This document shows, piece by piece, positions 29,323 through 39,154 of a DNA stretch of 58,929 nt. The stretch spans positions 1 to 58,929 of IMG/VR virus record IMGVR_UViG_3300033183_000056, one strand, 5' to 3'. This DNA is from a virus (Duplodnaviria; Caudoviricetes). The translations under genes and the position numbers were made by a program. Position 1 is the first letter of the stretch, and every line of letters starts with the position of its first letter. The notes beneath the pieces are model-generated. The model ran no database searches. It was given only the letters and a program-made list of their open reading frames with translations, and was not told the DNA's origin.

Positions 29323-29918
29323 ATGAATAAAAAAGATTTAATCGTTGCATTACTTCATGAGATTGAACACTTCAAAACATTGCTTCAACCTCATGATACA
29401 GGACACATTCATACAACCATTAGCGTTCTAACGAACCGTGTTGAAGAACTTACAAAGGAATTATATAATGGATGATAAGATTGTAAACCTATTCTCTGTT
29501 GTCAAGAATAAAAAAGAAGATTACGACAAAGCCATTAAGGAATCTGTGGCTGTTGCCTTTGAGAAGGCAATGGAACAAGACCTCAGAGATGTCATGATTA
29601 TGGGATGGAAAGATGATGGAGAGATGGTGTTAAGTTTTGCTTGTGATTCTGCACCCGAAATGATTTTTATGTTAGAACTTGTTAAAAGGGAAATCTTAGA
29701 TGGAGCCAGGAAATCAGAATAGCACTGTCTACTATGAGACAGAAACAAACATTCGTATCATAGACAATGTTCCTAATGCTGATGACTACATTCAAGAGCG
29801 TGGTGTTCTTGCAAGAGCAATGGGATATGAAACAGTTACGAATAAGAATAGAACCCTAGACATTTACGATGAAGGTGTTCTCATTGGAACATACTTCCAC
29901 GATAAGCACATGAATTGA
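29323..29918 (+). other. Three small hypothetical CDSs (29323-29475, 29468-29722, 29700-29918)
   Basis: Packed ORFs with RBSs. Confidence 0.6.
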
Positions 29919-29929
29919 AGGAGTTATGA

Positions 29930-30259
29930 ATGGAACTTAAAGAATACGGTGAACTAGCAATGAAGACTGCAATCTTTCCGAAGGAAGATGGATATGTCTA
30001 TACTGCACTAGGATTGGCAGGTGAGGCAGGTGAGATTGCTAACAAGGTAAAGAAGTTTATTCGTGATGGTTACGATGAAGAAGAACTCAATGAGAAACTG
30101 AATGATATTGCAGATGAACTAGGTGATGTGCTGTGGTATGTGGCTGCAGTTGCTCATGTAATTGGAACTGACCTTGATGCCATTGCAAAAGGTAACCTAT
30201 ACAAACTTGCTGAACGACAACGCAAGGGAACACTACAAGGCTCTGGAGATAAGCGATGA
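29930..30259 (+). CDS. mazG: MazG-like nucleotide pyrophosphohydrolase
   Basis: LGLAGEAGEIANKVKK..ELGDVLWY..N..KL..R..G.GD.R. Confidence 0.9.
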   Translation: MELKEYGELAMKTAIFPKEDGYVYTALGLAGEAGEIANKVKKFIRDGYDEEELNEKLNDIADELGDVLWYVAAVAHVIGTDLDAIAKGNLYKLAERQRKGTLQGSGDKR

Positions 30260-30594
30260 ATTTTCTTTCAAAAGAAAATCTTCCAAACTTAAGGAAACTA
30301 CAAGAGATACATTACAAACGAGGATTAGAATATGATAATGATTACAACGAAGGTTCAGACGCAAGAGAAGCAAGAAGACTTCAAAAAATAATAGGCTTCT
30401 TAGAACTTGAAGATGATTTACATCTTGAATATGAAAACCCTGGCCTCATATCTATTAATGAAAAATTTATTGTTTCATTAAAAAGTAATAAATGGAAAGT
30501 CAAAGGAAAGAATGTATGGTATAGACATAAGCATGACTTGAAATCATTTGTTGATACATACATTGTTAAGAAGGATATAAAGTATGATGACTGA
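30256..30594 (+). CDS. Hypothetical protein
   Basis: AT-rich ORF coupled on both sides. Confidence 0.65.
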   Translation: MNFLSKENLPNLRKLQEIHYKRGLEYDNDYNEGSDAREARRLQKIIGFLELEDDLHLEYENPGLISINEKFIVSLKSNKWKVKGKNVWYRHKHDLKSFVDTYIVKKDIKYDD

Positions 30595-32254
30595 TAGAAA
30601 ACCATCCTCGATTGAGGTACGAAGAGAATCCTGTGAATGTGGCTCGTCTGATGGGCGAGTTGTGTTTGCAGATGGACACAAGCATTGCTTTGTTTGTAAC
30701 AAGCACTGGAAAGCAAACGCATCTGAATCTACACAAGCAAAACAAACAGTGATACCTGTGCAGAAAACTTACAATCCAATCTCTGAACGTGGTGAATACA
30801 ATGCACTACATGACCGCCGTATCAAGAAAGAAACCTGTGAGTTCTTTGGTGTCAAGTCTATCACTAATGCTGACGGCTCTGTACACTCTCACATCTATCC
30901 ATACTACGATAGAGATAAGTCTCTTGTCGCAAACAAGATAAGAACTGTCGAGAATAAATCATTTAGGTGTGAAGGTAATCTTGCAGATGCTACCATGTTT
31001 GGTCAGCACAAGTTTAGTAGTGGCGGAAAGTATCTTACCATCTGTGAAGGTGAGGTTGATGCGATGTCTGCCTATGAATTGCTAGGTTCTAAATGGCCTG
31101 TCATCTCTGTAAGAGCAGGCGCACAAGGTGCAATTAAAGACATCAAAGCAAACTACGAATACATCAATTCGTTTGAGACTATTGTTGTATGCTTTGACAA
31201 TGACGAACCTGGTCTTGATGCTGCCAATAAAGTTGCACAAGTCTTTGAACCTTTGAAGTGTAAGATTATGAATCTTAACTTGAAGGATGCTAATGAATAC
31301 CTGCAACAGAATAAGCGTGAAGAATTTACTCGTGCCTTTTGGAACGCTACACCTTACACACCTGCAGGTATCATTCGCCTTTGTGATTATGTTGATGAAC
31401 TCTACGAAGAAGACGAACAAGATACAGTACCATATCCATTCGCAGGATTGAATGAGAAACTATATGGTATGCGAACTGGTGAACTTGTAACCATTACTGC
31501 AGGTACTGGCGCAGGTAAGACATCTCTGATGTATGAGATTGAATATCATATGCTGAAGAATACAACAGCAAACATTGGTATCATTCACCTAGAAGAGAAC
31601 AAGAAACAAACCATGTTCCACTTGATGTCAATCCCTGCTAACAAAAGATTGTTCATTAAAGAAGAACGAAAGGATATGACACGAGAAGAACTAAAGCAGT
31701 ATGAAGACGACACCATTCGTGACCCACGATTGATTGCCTTTAATCACTTTGGTTCTATCACAACGGAAGAAATTCTTTCTCGTGTTCGTTACATGGTCAA
31801 GGCTATGGACTGTAAGTATATTATCATTGACCACCTATCTATTCTTGTATCAGGTTTGGATGATGGAGATGAACGCCGTAACATTGATATGCTTATGACT
31901 AAGTTGCGTAGTCTGGTAGAAGAAACCCAATGTGGTATGCTTCTTGTGTCACATCTACGCCGTGGCTCTGGTGATACAGGACATGAGCAGGGTAAAGAAA
32001 TATCTTTGTCTATGCTTCGTGGCTCTCACAGCATCGCACAGTTGTCTGATGGTGTCATTGCTCTTGAGCGTGACCAGCAAGCCAAAGACCCTGTACAGGC
32101 CAATACAACGACTGTGAGGGTGCTTAAAAACCGTTACGCAGGTGATACAGGCATCGCCACCTATCTGCTCTATGACAAGAATACAGGGCGTATGGCAGAG
32201 ATTGATGACCCATTTAAAGAGGAAGATAATTCTGACATACAAGATTATCTTTAG
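30584..32254 (+). CDS. T7 gp4-like DNA primase-helicase
   Basis: Zn ribbon C.CGSSD..HCFVC, TOPRIM EGE.DA and FDND, Walker A GTGAGKT, IDHL, LRGS..IAQLSD, LKNRY.G. Confidence 0.95.
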   Translation: MMTDRKPSSIEVRRESCECGSSDGRVVFADGHKHCFVCNKHWKANASESTQAKQTVIPVQKTYNPISERGEYNALHDRRIKKETCEFFGVKSITNADGSVHSHIYPYYDRDKSLVANKIRTVENKSFRCEGNLADATMFGQHKFSSGGKYLTICEGEVDAMSAYELLGSKWPVISVRAGAQGAIKDIKANYEYINSFETIVVCFDNDEPGLDAANKVAQVFEPLKCKIMNLNLKDANEYLQQNKREEFTRAFWNATPYTPAGIIRLCDYVDELYEEDEQDTVPYPFAGLNEKLYGMRTGELVTITAGTGAGKTSLMYEIEYHMLKNTTANIGIIHLEENKKQTMFHLMSIPANKRLFIKEERKDMTREELKQYEDDTIRDPRLIAFNHFGSITTEEILSRVRYMVKAMDCKYIIIDHLSILVSGLDDGDERRNIDMLMTKLRSLVEETQCGMLLVSHLRRGSGDTGHEQGKEISLSMLRGSHSIAQLSDGVIALERDQQAKDPVQANTTTVRVLKNRYAGDTGIATYLLYDKNTGRMAEIDDPFKEEDNSDIQDYL

Positions 32255-32256
32255 AG

Positions 32257-32285
32257 TTGACATAACAAACTGAACAGAGTATAAT
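32257..32285 (+). promoter_or_regulatory. sigma70 promoter for DNA polymerase
   Basis: TTGACA-17-TATAAT; the mRNA would be nearly leaderless. Confidence 0.8.
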
Positions 32286-32292
32286 TACCACC

Positions 32293-33939
32293 ATGAAAAA
32301 AGTTGCGTTAGATATTGAAACAGATGACATCAACGCCACGGTGATACATTGTATCTGTGGTAAGGATGTTGATACTGGTGAGACTTATGAATGGTATGGT
32401 TCTTCCATCTCTGAGTTTCCAGATTGGTCAAAGCAGATTGACTTGTTTATTATGCACAATGGTGTATCGTTTGATGCACCTGTGCTGAACAGGTTGACAG
32501 GCAGTAACATTAAACTGTCGCAGATTCGTGACACTCTTATCTTGTCACAGATTGCTGACCCAATGCTTGAAGGTGGTCACAGTCTTAAGGCTTGGGGTGA
32601 ACGGCTTTGCAATTATAAATTAGACTTTCATGATTTTGAAAGGTTCACTGAAGAAATGTTAAAGTATTGTCATCAGGATGTGGATGTAACTGTGCAGTTA
32701 TACAAACATCTTCTTCCTACATTGCAAAACTTTACAGCAAAGTCTATCGAACTTGAACATCAGGTTCGTGCAATCATAGACAAACAAGAAAAGAATGGTT
32801 TCAGTCTTGATATACCAAAGGCTTCTATTCTTGTTGCTCGTTTATCTGAAGAAGCAGCATCCATTGAAGAAGAGATGCAGTCAATCTTTCCACCAATCGT
32901 GGAAGAGAGATACTCAGAGAAGACAGGCAACAGACTTAAAGATAAGATTGAAGTCTTTAACCCAGGCTCTCGACATCAGATTGCCAAACGTCTGCAAGAG
33001 AGGGGCTGGAAACCTGAGAAGTTTACACCCACTGGTCATCCCATCGTAGATGAAGGTATACTAAAGGGTGTTGATATGCCAGAAGCACAGAAGATTGCAA
33101 GATATTTGCTTCTACAAAAGCGTGTTTCTCAGGTACAATCATGGCTGGATGTAGTCCAAGATGATGGTAAGGTTCATGGGCGTGTGATGACCTTGAAAGC
33201 CATTACAGGACGCATGGCGCATCACGGACCTAACATGGCACAGATACCTGCCGTCTACTCTCCCTACGGCAAAGAGTGTAGAGAGGTGTGGATTACTTCG
33301 TCACCCTCGTACAAACTGTTAGGCTGTGATGCGTCTTCTCTTGAACTTAGATGTCTTGCACATTACATGAATGACACAGGCTTCACCAATGAGGTTGTTG
33401 ATGGTGACATCCATACAGCAAACCAAAACAATGCAGGTCTTGAAACTCGTGACCAAGCAAAGACATTTATCTATGCTTTAATTTATGGTGCAGGTCCTGC
33501 TAAGATTGGTACTATTGTGGGCGGCGGAGCATCTGCAGGTAAGAAGGTAATGGAAAGGTTTATGTCAAATATGCCAGCACTAAAACGCCTTCGCACATCT
33601 GTTGACAGAGCCGCACAGACAGGAACAATTCGTGGTCTTGATGGTAGACGATTAAAGGTAAGACAACAACACGCAGCAATGAACTTATTGTTGCAAGGTG
33701 CAGGTGCTATCATCTGTAAGACTTGGCTAAAGAATATTATTAAATCTGCTGGTAAGTTTGATTACAAACTTGTTGCTAGTATTCATGACGAATACCAGTT
33801 TGAAGTAAGAGAAGACCAGGCAGAAGACTTTGGTAAGATGACAAAGGATGCAATGAAAATGACAGAAGCAGAATTAAAAGTAAACTGTCCATTGGATAGT
33901 GAATATAAAATCGGAAACAATTGGGCGGAGACACACTAA
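32293..33939 (+). CDS. polA: Family A DNA polymerase (T7-like, Tyr at 762-equivalent)
   Basis: DIET and HN..FD exonuclease motifs, DASSLELR, RDQAKTFIYALIYGAG, HDE. Confidence 0.95.
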   Translation: MKKVALDIETDDINATVIHCICGKDVDTGETYEWYGSSISEFPDWSKQIDLFIMHNGVSFDAPVLNRLTGSNIKLSQIRDTLILSQIADPMLEGGHSLKAWGERLCNYKLDFHDFERFTEEMLKYCHQDVDVTVQLYKHLLPTLQNFTAKSIELEHQVRAIIDKQEKNGFSLDIPKASILVARLSEEAASIEEEMQSIFPPIVEERYSEKTGNRLKDKIEVFNPGSRHQIAKRLQERGWKPEKFTPTGHPIVDEGILKGVDMPEAQKIARYLLLQKRVSQVQSWLDVVQDDGKVHGRVMTLKAITGRMAHHGPNMAQIPAVYSPYGKECREVWITSSPSYKLLGCDASSLELRCLAHYMNDTGFTNEVVDGDIHTANQNNAGLETRDQAKTFIYALIYGAGPAKIGTIVGGGASAGKKVMERFMSNMPALKRLRTSVDRAAQTGTIRGLDGRRLKVRQQHAAMNLLLQGAGAIICKTWLKNIIKSAGKFDYKLVASIHDEYQFEVREDQAEDFGKMTKDAMKMTEAELKVNCPLDSEYKIGNNWAETH

Positions 33940-34355
33940 TGGAAAACCTAGAACCGAAAAAGGAAGACCGTAAGAAGTTTGACATTGACCTACAATATGG
34001 TAAGGTTCGTGAACAGGCTGTAGCAGATATGTTGCAGGACAAAAGAATTGAAGTCAAATCTGAGCGTGATATGTGGATGCGCACAGGAAACATAGCAATC
34101 GAATATGAAAGTTATGGCAAGCCCTCTGGCATCGCCGCTACTGAATCAGATTATTGGTTTCACAATCTTTGTATCGGAGATGAAATCTTTGCTACTCTTG
34201 TCTTTGATACAAAGAACTTAAAAAGAATTATTGATAACCTAGATTACAAGAGGAGTGTAAATGGTGGTGACCACAACGCATCTAAGATGTACCTTCTAAA
34301 CTTACAAAAACTTTTTTCTTCAGATGTTATAAAATCTTTTAAAGAAAGTGCTTGA
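33939..34355 (+). CDS. PD-(D/E)XK nuclease-like protein
   Basis: IEVKSE..TGNIAIE..GKPSGI..T.SDYW. Confidence 0.6.
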   Translation: MENLEPKKEDRKKFDIDLQYGKVREQAVADMLQDKRIEVKSERDMWMRTGNIAIEYESYGKPSGIAATESDYWFHNLCIGDEIFATLVFDTKNLKRIIDNLDYKRSVNGGDHNASKMYLLNLQKLFSSDVIKSFKESA

Positions 34356-34380
34356 CATCTGATATTGAATATGCGATAAT
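34352..34380 (+). promoter_or_regulatory. sigma70 promoter for SSB
   Basis: TTGACA-17-GATAAT. Confidence 0.7.
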
Positions 34381-34436
34381 ACACAACAATCAAAGAAGCG
34401 GTCATTGAACCGCACTGAAATAGGAGATGAAAAATA

Positions 34437-34904
34437 ATGAGTGTAATTTCTGGTAAAGCATATTGGGCTTCTGTTGTTAAACCTAATACTACCTTTGAAC
34501 CTGTATGGTCTATTGATGTTTCTCTTGATGCCAAGAACAAAGCCATCGTAGAACAAGACGGACTGAAGGTTAAGAACAAAGGTGACGAGCGTGGTGACTT
34601 TGTTACCATCAAGCGTAAGGTAGAAGGCAAGAACGGTGAGAACTCTGCACCAATTGTAATGGATGCGCATAAGCGTCCTCTTGCAGACGGTGTTCTCATT
34701 GGTAATGGTTCTGATGTCAATGTACAATACAAGCCTTACGAATGGAACTGGAAGGGTAACTCTGGCATTGGTGCTGACCTTCGTAAGATTCAAGTCCTTG
34801 ACTTGGTTCCCTATGAAGAGCCTGATGGAGAAGACTTTGATGTTGTTCCATCTGGTTACTCTTCGGTTGACCAATTGGAAGATGACATTCCATTCGGTAA
34901 CTAA
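34437..34904 (+). CDS. ssb: Single-stranded DNA-binding protein (T7 gp2.5-like)
   Basis: GKAYWA, IGNGS.V.V, L..IQV..LV.Y, acidic tail DDIPF. Confidence 0.85.
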   Translation: MSVISGKAYWASVVKPNTTFEPVWSIDVSLDAKNKAIVEQDGLKVKNKGDERGDFVTIKRKVEGKNGENSAPIVMDAHKRPLADGVLIGNGSDVNVQYKPYEWNWKGNSGIGADLRKIQVLDLVPYEEPDGEDFDVVPSGYSSVDQLEDDIPFGN

Positions 34905-34990
34905 ATAATAACAAGGGTGTCACGGTACAGTATATGGTGATGGTCTGGCTAGTGTCGCGGTGGGTACGCCAGAATATATAAGGATATAAT

Positions 34991-35269
34991 ATGACTGACT
35001 ATGGAAAAATCATAAGAGAATATGAAGAAGAAGAAAGAAAGAGGCAAGCAGATATGCAATCAGAAATGGTAGACCATCCGCCTCATTACAATCAGTCAGG
35101 TATAGAGTGTATTGATGCAATCATGGCTGCAACAGATGAAGGCTTTGAGTATTACTTACAAGGAAACATTATTAAATACCTTTGGCGTTATCGTTACAAG
35201 AACGGTGTTGAAGATTTAAAGAAAGCGCAATGGTATTTAAGCAAACTAATAAACATAAAGGAAAAGTAA
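34991..35269 (+). CDS. DUF3310 (SaV-like) protein
   Basis: VDHPPHY..GIECIDAI..GNIIKYLWRY..KNG.EDLKKA.WYL. Confidence 0.85.
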   Translation: MTDYGKIIREYEEEERKRQADMQSEMVDHPPHYNQSGIECIDAIMAATDEGFEYYLQGNIIKYLWRYRYKNGVEDLKKAQWYLSKLINIKEK

Positions 35270-36126
35270 TGGCTAATATTGATACACTTATCCAAGACAT
35301 AAATAAGACATTAGAAAAAGGTATTAACACTGGCTCTATAAAGAATAGAGATGCTATTCAAAAATGTACAACGGAGATGTATCGCGCTATTCGTAATACA
35401 TTAGATGAAGGCCAGCGCGAATCCTCTTCTACTCTTCGTATGTCACAGATAGGTAAACCTAATAGACAGATTTGGTATGACTTAAAGAAAACAAAAAAAC
35501 CTGACCTTGATGGGCAGACAAAGTTAAAGTTTCTATTTGGTGATTTGTTAGAATCATTACTTATTCTTTTGGCTACTGTCTCTGGACATGAGGTAACTGA
35601 AGAACAGCAAGAGGTTGAAGTAAATGGAATCAAAGGACATAAAGACTGTCGTATTGATGGAGTATTGGTAGATGTCAAGTCAGCATCGTCCTATGCTTTT
35701 AAGAAGTTTAAAGACGGAACACTGCAGTTTGATGACCCCTTTGGTTATATTGCTCAAATCTCTGGTTATGCTGAAGCAGGTAAAGACAAAGAAGCAGCGT
35801 TCTTCGCAATCGACAAGTCATCCGCAGAGTTGGCGTTGCTTAAAATAGATGACATGGAAATGATTAATGCTTCAGACCGTATCAATGAGTTGAAGGAAGT
35901 CACAAGTAAGGACACACCGCCACCTCGTTGTTATGGTGACGAAGCAGATGGCAAGTCTGGTAATCGTAAACTTGTTATCGGTTGTGTCTACTGTCCATAT
36001 AAAGAAACTTGTTGGGCAGATGCTAATGGTGGTCAAGGTCTTCGTTCTTTCAAATACTCCAATGGTGTACGCTATCTGACTGTTACAGCAAAAGTTCCAG
36101 ACGTAGAAGAACTAACTGTTGCATGA
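35269..36126 (+). CDS. PD-(D/E)XK (Cas4/RecB-like) exonuclease
   Basis: LRMSQIG, GH.D..IDG.LVDVKSAS, GY..Q, C.YC.YK..CW. Confidence 0.8.
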   Translation: MANIDTLIQDINKTLEKGINTGSIKNRDAIQKCTTEMYRAIRNTLDEGQRESSSTLRMSQIGKPNRQIWYDLKKTKKPDLDGQTKLKFLFGDLLESLLILLATVSGHEVTEEQQEVEVNGIKGHKDCRIDGVLVDVKSASSYAFKKFKDGTLQFDDPFGYIAQISGYAEAGKDKEAAFFAIDKSSAELALLKIDDMEMINASDRINELKEVTSKDTPPPRCYGDEADGKSGNRKLVIGCVYCPYKETCWADANGGQGLRSFKYSNGVRYLTVTAKVPDVEELTVA

Positions 36127-36530
36127 GAAAAGTAACAAAGCGGCAAAGAAAATCGGGTAAGGCTCATTCCTTTCGTAGTAACTCAGAATATAATTGTTCG
36201 GTTCTCCTTTCAAAAAAAAAGATTGGCTATCTCTACGAGCCTTATCCGATTCCCTATGAGTGGACAGAAAATAAAAAGTATATTCCAGATTTTATTCTAC
36301 CCAATGGAATTATCCTTGAGGTCAAGGGTAGATTTATGTTAGAAGACAGAAAGAAACATCTGTTTATTCGTGACCAGCGTCCTGATGTAGATATTCGTTT
36401 TGTATTTGATAACCCTTATCGCAAACTATATAAGGGTGGTAAGATGACATACGCAGATTGGTGTGAGAAATATAACTTTAAATACTGCAAACTAAATGAC
36501 GGCATACCAGAGGATTGGCTTGCCTCATGA
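36123..36530 (+). CDS. T7 endonuclease I-like resolvase
   Basis: FRS..E, YIPDF.LPNGI..EVKG.F..DRKKH, DIRFVF, TYADWC. Confidence 0.9.
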   Translation: MRKVTKRQRKSGKAHSFRSNSEYNCSVLLSKKKIGYLYEPYPIPYEWTENKKYIPDFILPNGIILEVKGRFMLEDRKKHLFIRDQRPDVDIRFVFDNPYRKLYKGGKMTYADWCEKYNFKYCKLNDGIPEDWLAS

Positions 36531-36859
36531 TAGACGATGACGTTTTTTTTTCATCAGAACAAGTTGTAGCAAGTGTGTCTCGACCAGAGAAGACACTTTT
36601 TCTTGCTGTCATTCTGCAAGCATTACTTGATGCAACCAAGCCAGAGTATGAAGGCGAACCTCTTCACGCAGTAATAGAAAGAGATAGAGCCAAAGCCTGG
36701 TTCTTTGCTTCCATTGGTGTAACTGCCGAAGACTTTAATGAAGTATGTGATAATGCAGGAGTAAACCCTGCTTACATGAGAAGGTTTGCTTATCAGGTAT
36801 TAGAATCTGGTGAGGTTGACTTCGTAAGAAAAAGAATAAATGCTGTTTTAGGACACTAA
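36527..36859 (+). CDS. Conserved hypothetical protein
   Basis: LFLAVILQALLDA..A.AWF..DF..VC..AG. Confidence 0.7.
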   Translation: MIDDDVFFSSEQVVASVSRPEKTLFLAVILQALLDATKPEYEGEPLHAVIERDRAKAWFFASIGVTAEDFNEVCDNAGVNPAYMRRFAYQVLESGEVDFVRKRINAVLGH

Positions 36860-36929
36860 AGATATTGCAATCTGTTTTTAAATGTGATAGTATTAAGGCT
36901 TGTCACTTTGAAAACGGAGAGAGGAAAAC

Positions 36930-38870
36930 ATGAACAATTATTTACCCACTGATTACCAAAACTTTATTGCATTGTCACGCTATGCACGTTGGAAAGATGA
37001 CGAGCAACGCCGTGAAAACTGGCAAGAAACTATTGCTCGTTACTTTAATTATATTGCAAAACATCTAAAAGAAAAACATAACTATACTATTAAGAAAGAC
37101 CTTCGTAAAGAACTTGAAGAAGCAGTTCTAAACCAAGAGATTATGCCAAGCATGAGAGCATTGATGACCAGTGGTCCTGCTCTTGACCGTTGTCATGTTG
37201 GTGGATATAACTGTTCATACCTACCTGTTGATAATCCTCGTGCCTTTGACGAGACTATGTATATTCTTATGTGTGGTACAGGCGTTGGCTTCTCTGTTGA
37301 ACGACATCATATTGAGAAACTACCTGTAGTAAACGAAGAGTTTCATGAAACAGACACAGTAATTAAAGTCGGTGACAGCCGTCCAGGTTGGGCAAAGTCA
37401 CTTAAGGAACTGATTGCCATGCTTTACTCTGGACAGATTCCTAAGTGGGATGTATCAGAGGTACGACCTGCAGGTGCAAGACTAAAGACATTCGGAGGAC
37501 GTGCATCAGGACCACAGCCACTTGTAGAATTGTTTCAGTTCTGTATTGAAAAGTTCAAGGGTGCAGCAGGACGCAGGCTCTATCCTATCGAATGTCACGA
37601 CATCATGTGCAAGATTGGTGAGGTTGTAGTTGTAGGTGGTGTACGCCGTTCTGCTCTCATCAGTTTGTCAAACCTCAACGATGACCAGATGCGCCACGCT
37701 AAGTCTGGCGTATGGTGGGATGAACCTGAAAAGAACATCAAGCGCGAAGGTCAACGCTCACTGGCTAATAACTCTGTAGCATACAAAGAGAAGCCACAGA
37801 TGGGTACATTCATGCGTGAGTGGTTGTCACTATATGAATCACATTCAGGTGAACGTGGTATCTTCAATCGTCAGTCAGCACAGAAGCAGGCACTGAAGAA
37901 TGGACGCCGTGATGCTGACCAAGACTTTGGTTGTAACCCCTGTAGTGAAATCATTCTTCGCCCTTACCAGTTCTGTAACCTCTCAGAGGTGGTTGTAAGG
38001 GACACAGACACTCACCAGAGCCTCGCTAGGAAGGTTCGATTAGCAACCATACTAGGCACATTCCAAGCAACGCTGACGGACTTTAAATACCTTCGTAAGA
38101 TATGGCAAAAGAATACAGAGGAAGAGCGTTTGTTGGGTGTATCTTTGACAGGTATCATGGATAATAAGTTGACAACTAGTCCTAGTCCTGCATTGCTTGA
38201 AGACTTAAAAGAAACTGCTGTATATACAAATAAGGTTATGTCTAAAGAGATTGGTATTTCTCAATCTACAGCAATCACTTGTGTCAAACCTTCAGGCACT
38301 GTATCACAATTGGTAAATGCAGCATCAGGTATTCATGCTCGACATAATCCATACTACATTCGTACTGTTCGTGGTGACAACAAAGACCCACTAACACAGT
38401 TTATGATTAGCCAGGACATTCCTAATGAGCCTGACGTTACGAAGCCTGACAGCACGACTGTGTTTAGTTTTCCTATGAAATCCCCAAAGGGTGCAGTATG
38501 CCGTACAGATATGACTGCTATTGAACAACTTGAATTGTGGTTGACATATCAACGACATTGGTGCGAACATAAACCATCTGTTACTATATCTGTAAAAGAA
38601 GAAGAATGGATGGCTGTTGGTGCCTGGGTATATAAACACTTCGATGAAGTATCTGGTATTAGTTTCCTTCCATTCAGCGAACATACATATAAGCAAGCAC
38701 CTTATCAGGATTGCTCAGAAAAAGAGTACACAGATATGTGTAATCGTATGCCTTCTAAGATTGATTGGTCATTACTGAGTGAGTTTGAGAAGGAAGACAC
38801 AACATCAGGTGGACGTGAGTTGGCTTGTACTGCTGGAGTTTGTGAGGTGGTTGACCTTACAGCAGCATAA
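36930..38870 (+). CDS. nrdJ: Class II (B12-dependent) ribonucleotide reductase
   Basis: PSMRAL, YNCSY, GGVRRSA, NPCSEI, CNLSE, KPSGT, C-terminal CTAGVCE; promoter TTGCAA-17-TAGTAT at 36865. Confidence 0.93.
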   Translation: MNNYLPTDYQNFIALSRYARWKDDEQRRENWQETIARYFNYIAKHLKEKHNYTIKKDLRKELEEAVLNQEIMPSMRALMTSGPALDRCHVGGYNCSYLPVDNPRAFDETMYILMCGTGVGFSVERHHIEKLPVVNEEFHETDTVIKVGDSRPGWAKSLKELIAMLYSGQIPKWDVSEVRPAGARLKTFGGRASGPQPLVELFQFCIEKFKGAAGRRLYPIECHDIMCKIGEVVVVGGVRRSALISLSNLNDDQMRHAKSGVWWDEPEKNIKREGQRSLANNSVAYKEKPQMGTFMREWLSLYESHSGERGIFNRQSAQKQALKNGRRDADQDFGCNPCSEIILRPYQFCNLSEVVVRDTDTHQSLARKVRLATILGTFQATLTDFKYLRKIWQKNTEEERLLGVSLTGIMDNKLTTSPSPALLEDLKETAVYTNKVMSKEIGISQSTAITCVKPSGTVSQLVNAASGIHARHNPYYIRTVRGDNKDPLTQFMISQDIPNEPDVTKPDSTTVFSFPMKSPKGAVCRTDMTAIEQLELWLTYQRHWCEHKPSVTISVKEEEWMAVGAWVYKHFDEVSGISFLPFSEHTYKQAPYQDCSEKEYTDMCNRMPSKIDWSLLSEFEKEDTTSGGRELACTAGVCEVVDLTAA

Positions 38871-39036
38871 TCGTCCACGTCTAGGGCGATAGGGTATAGT
38901 GGCTATGTTGCGTACAGGTGCTATACCTGAGTAGGAAATAACCTACGTTAGAGTGGCAACTATCTCTATGTTGGATGTCGGCATAGAGCGATATATCAAA
39001 TGCCATCTGCAGTGCGGTTGGTATAGGGCATCCCAA
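38870..39036 (+). ncRNA. Candidate structured RNA (four stems plus possible pseudoknot)
   Basis: Back-to-back stems with G-U pairs favouring the + strand. Confidence 0.5.
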
Positions 39037-39154
39037 ATTACTGATACTATATTATCATTACGTTCCATAAATGTTACATTAATGCTATTAACGTATCATA
39101 TATGAACCATTATTCGCCACTGATAGTAACTAAATTTGACCACGGAGAGTAGCG

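Noticed and set aside
32293-33939. HMO-2011-type polymerase
   Set aside because: No DnaJ-like CxxCxGxG insertion between the exonuclease and polymerase domains
35269-36126. Cas4 as part of a CRISPR system
   Set aside because: Ordinary phage replication-module exonuclease; no array or other cas genes
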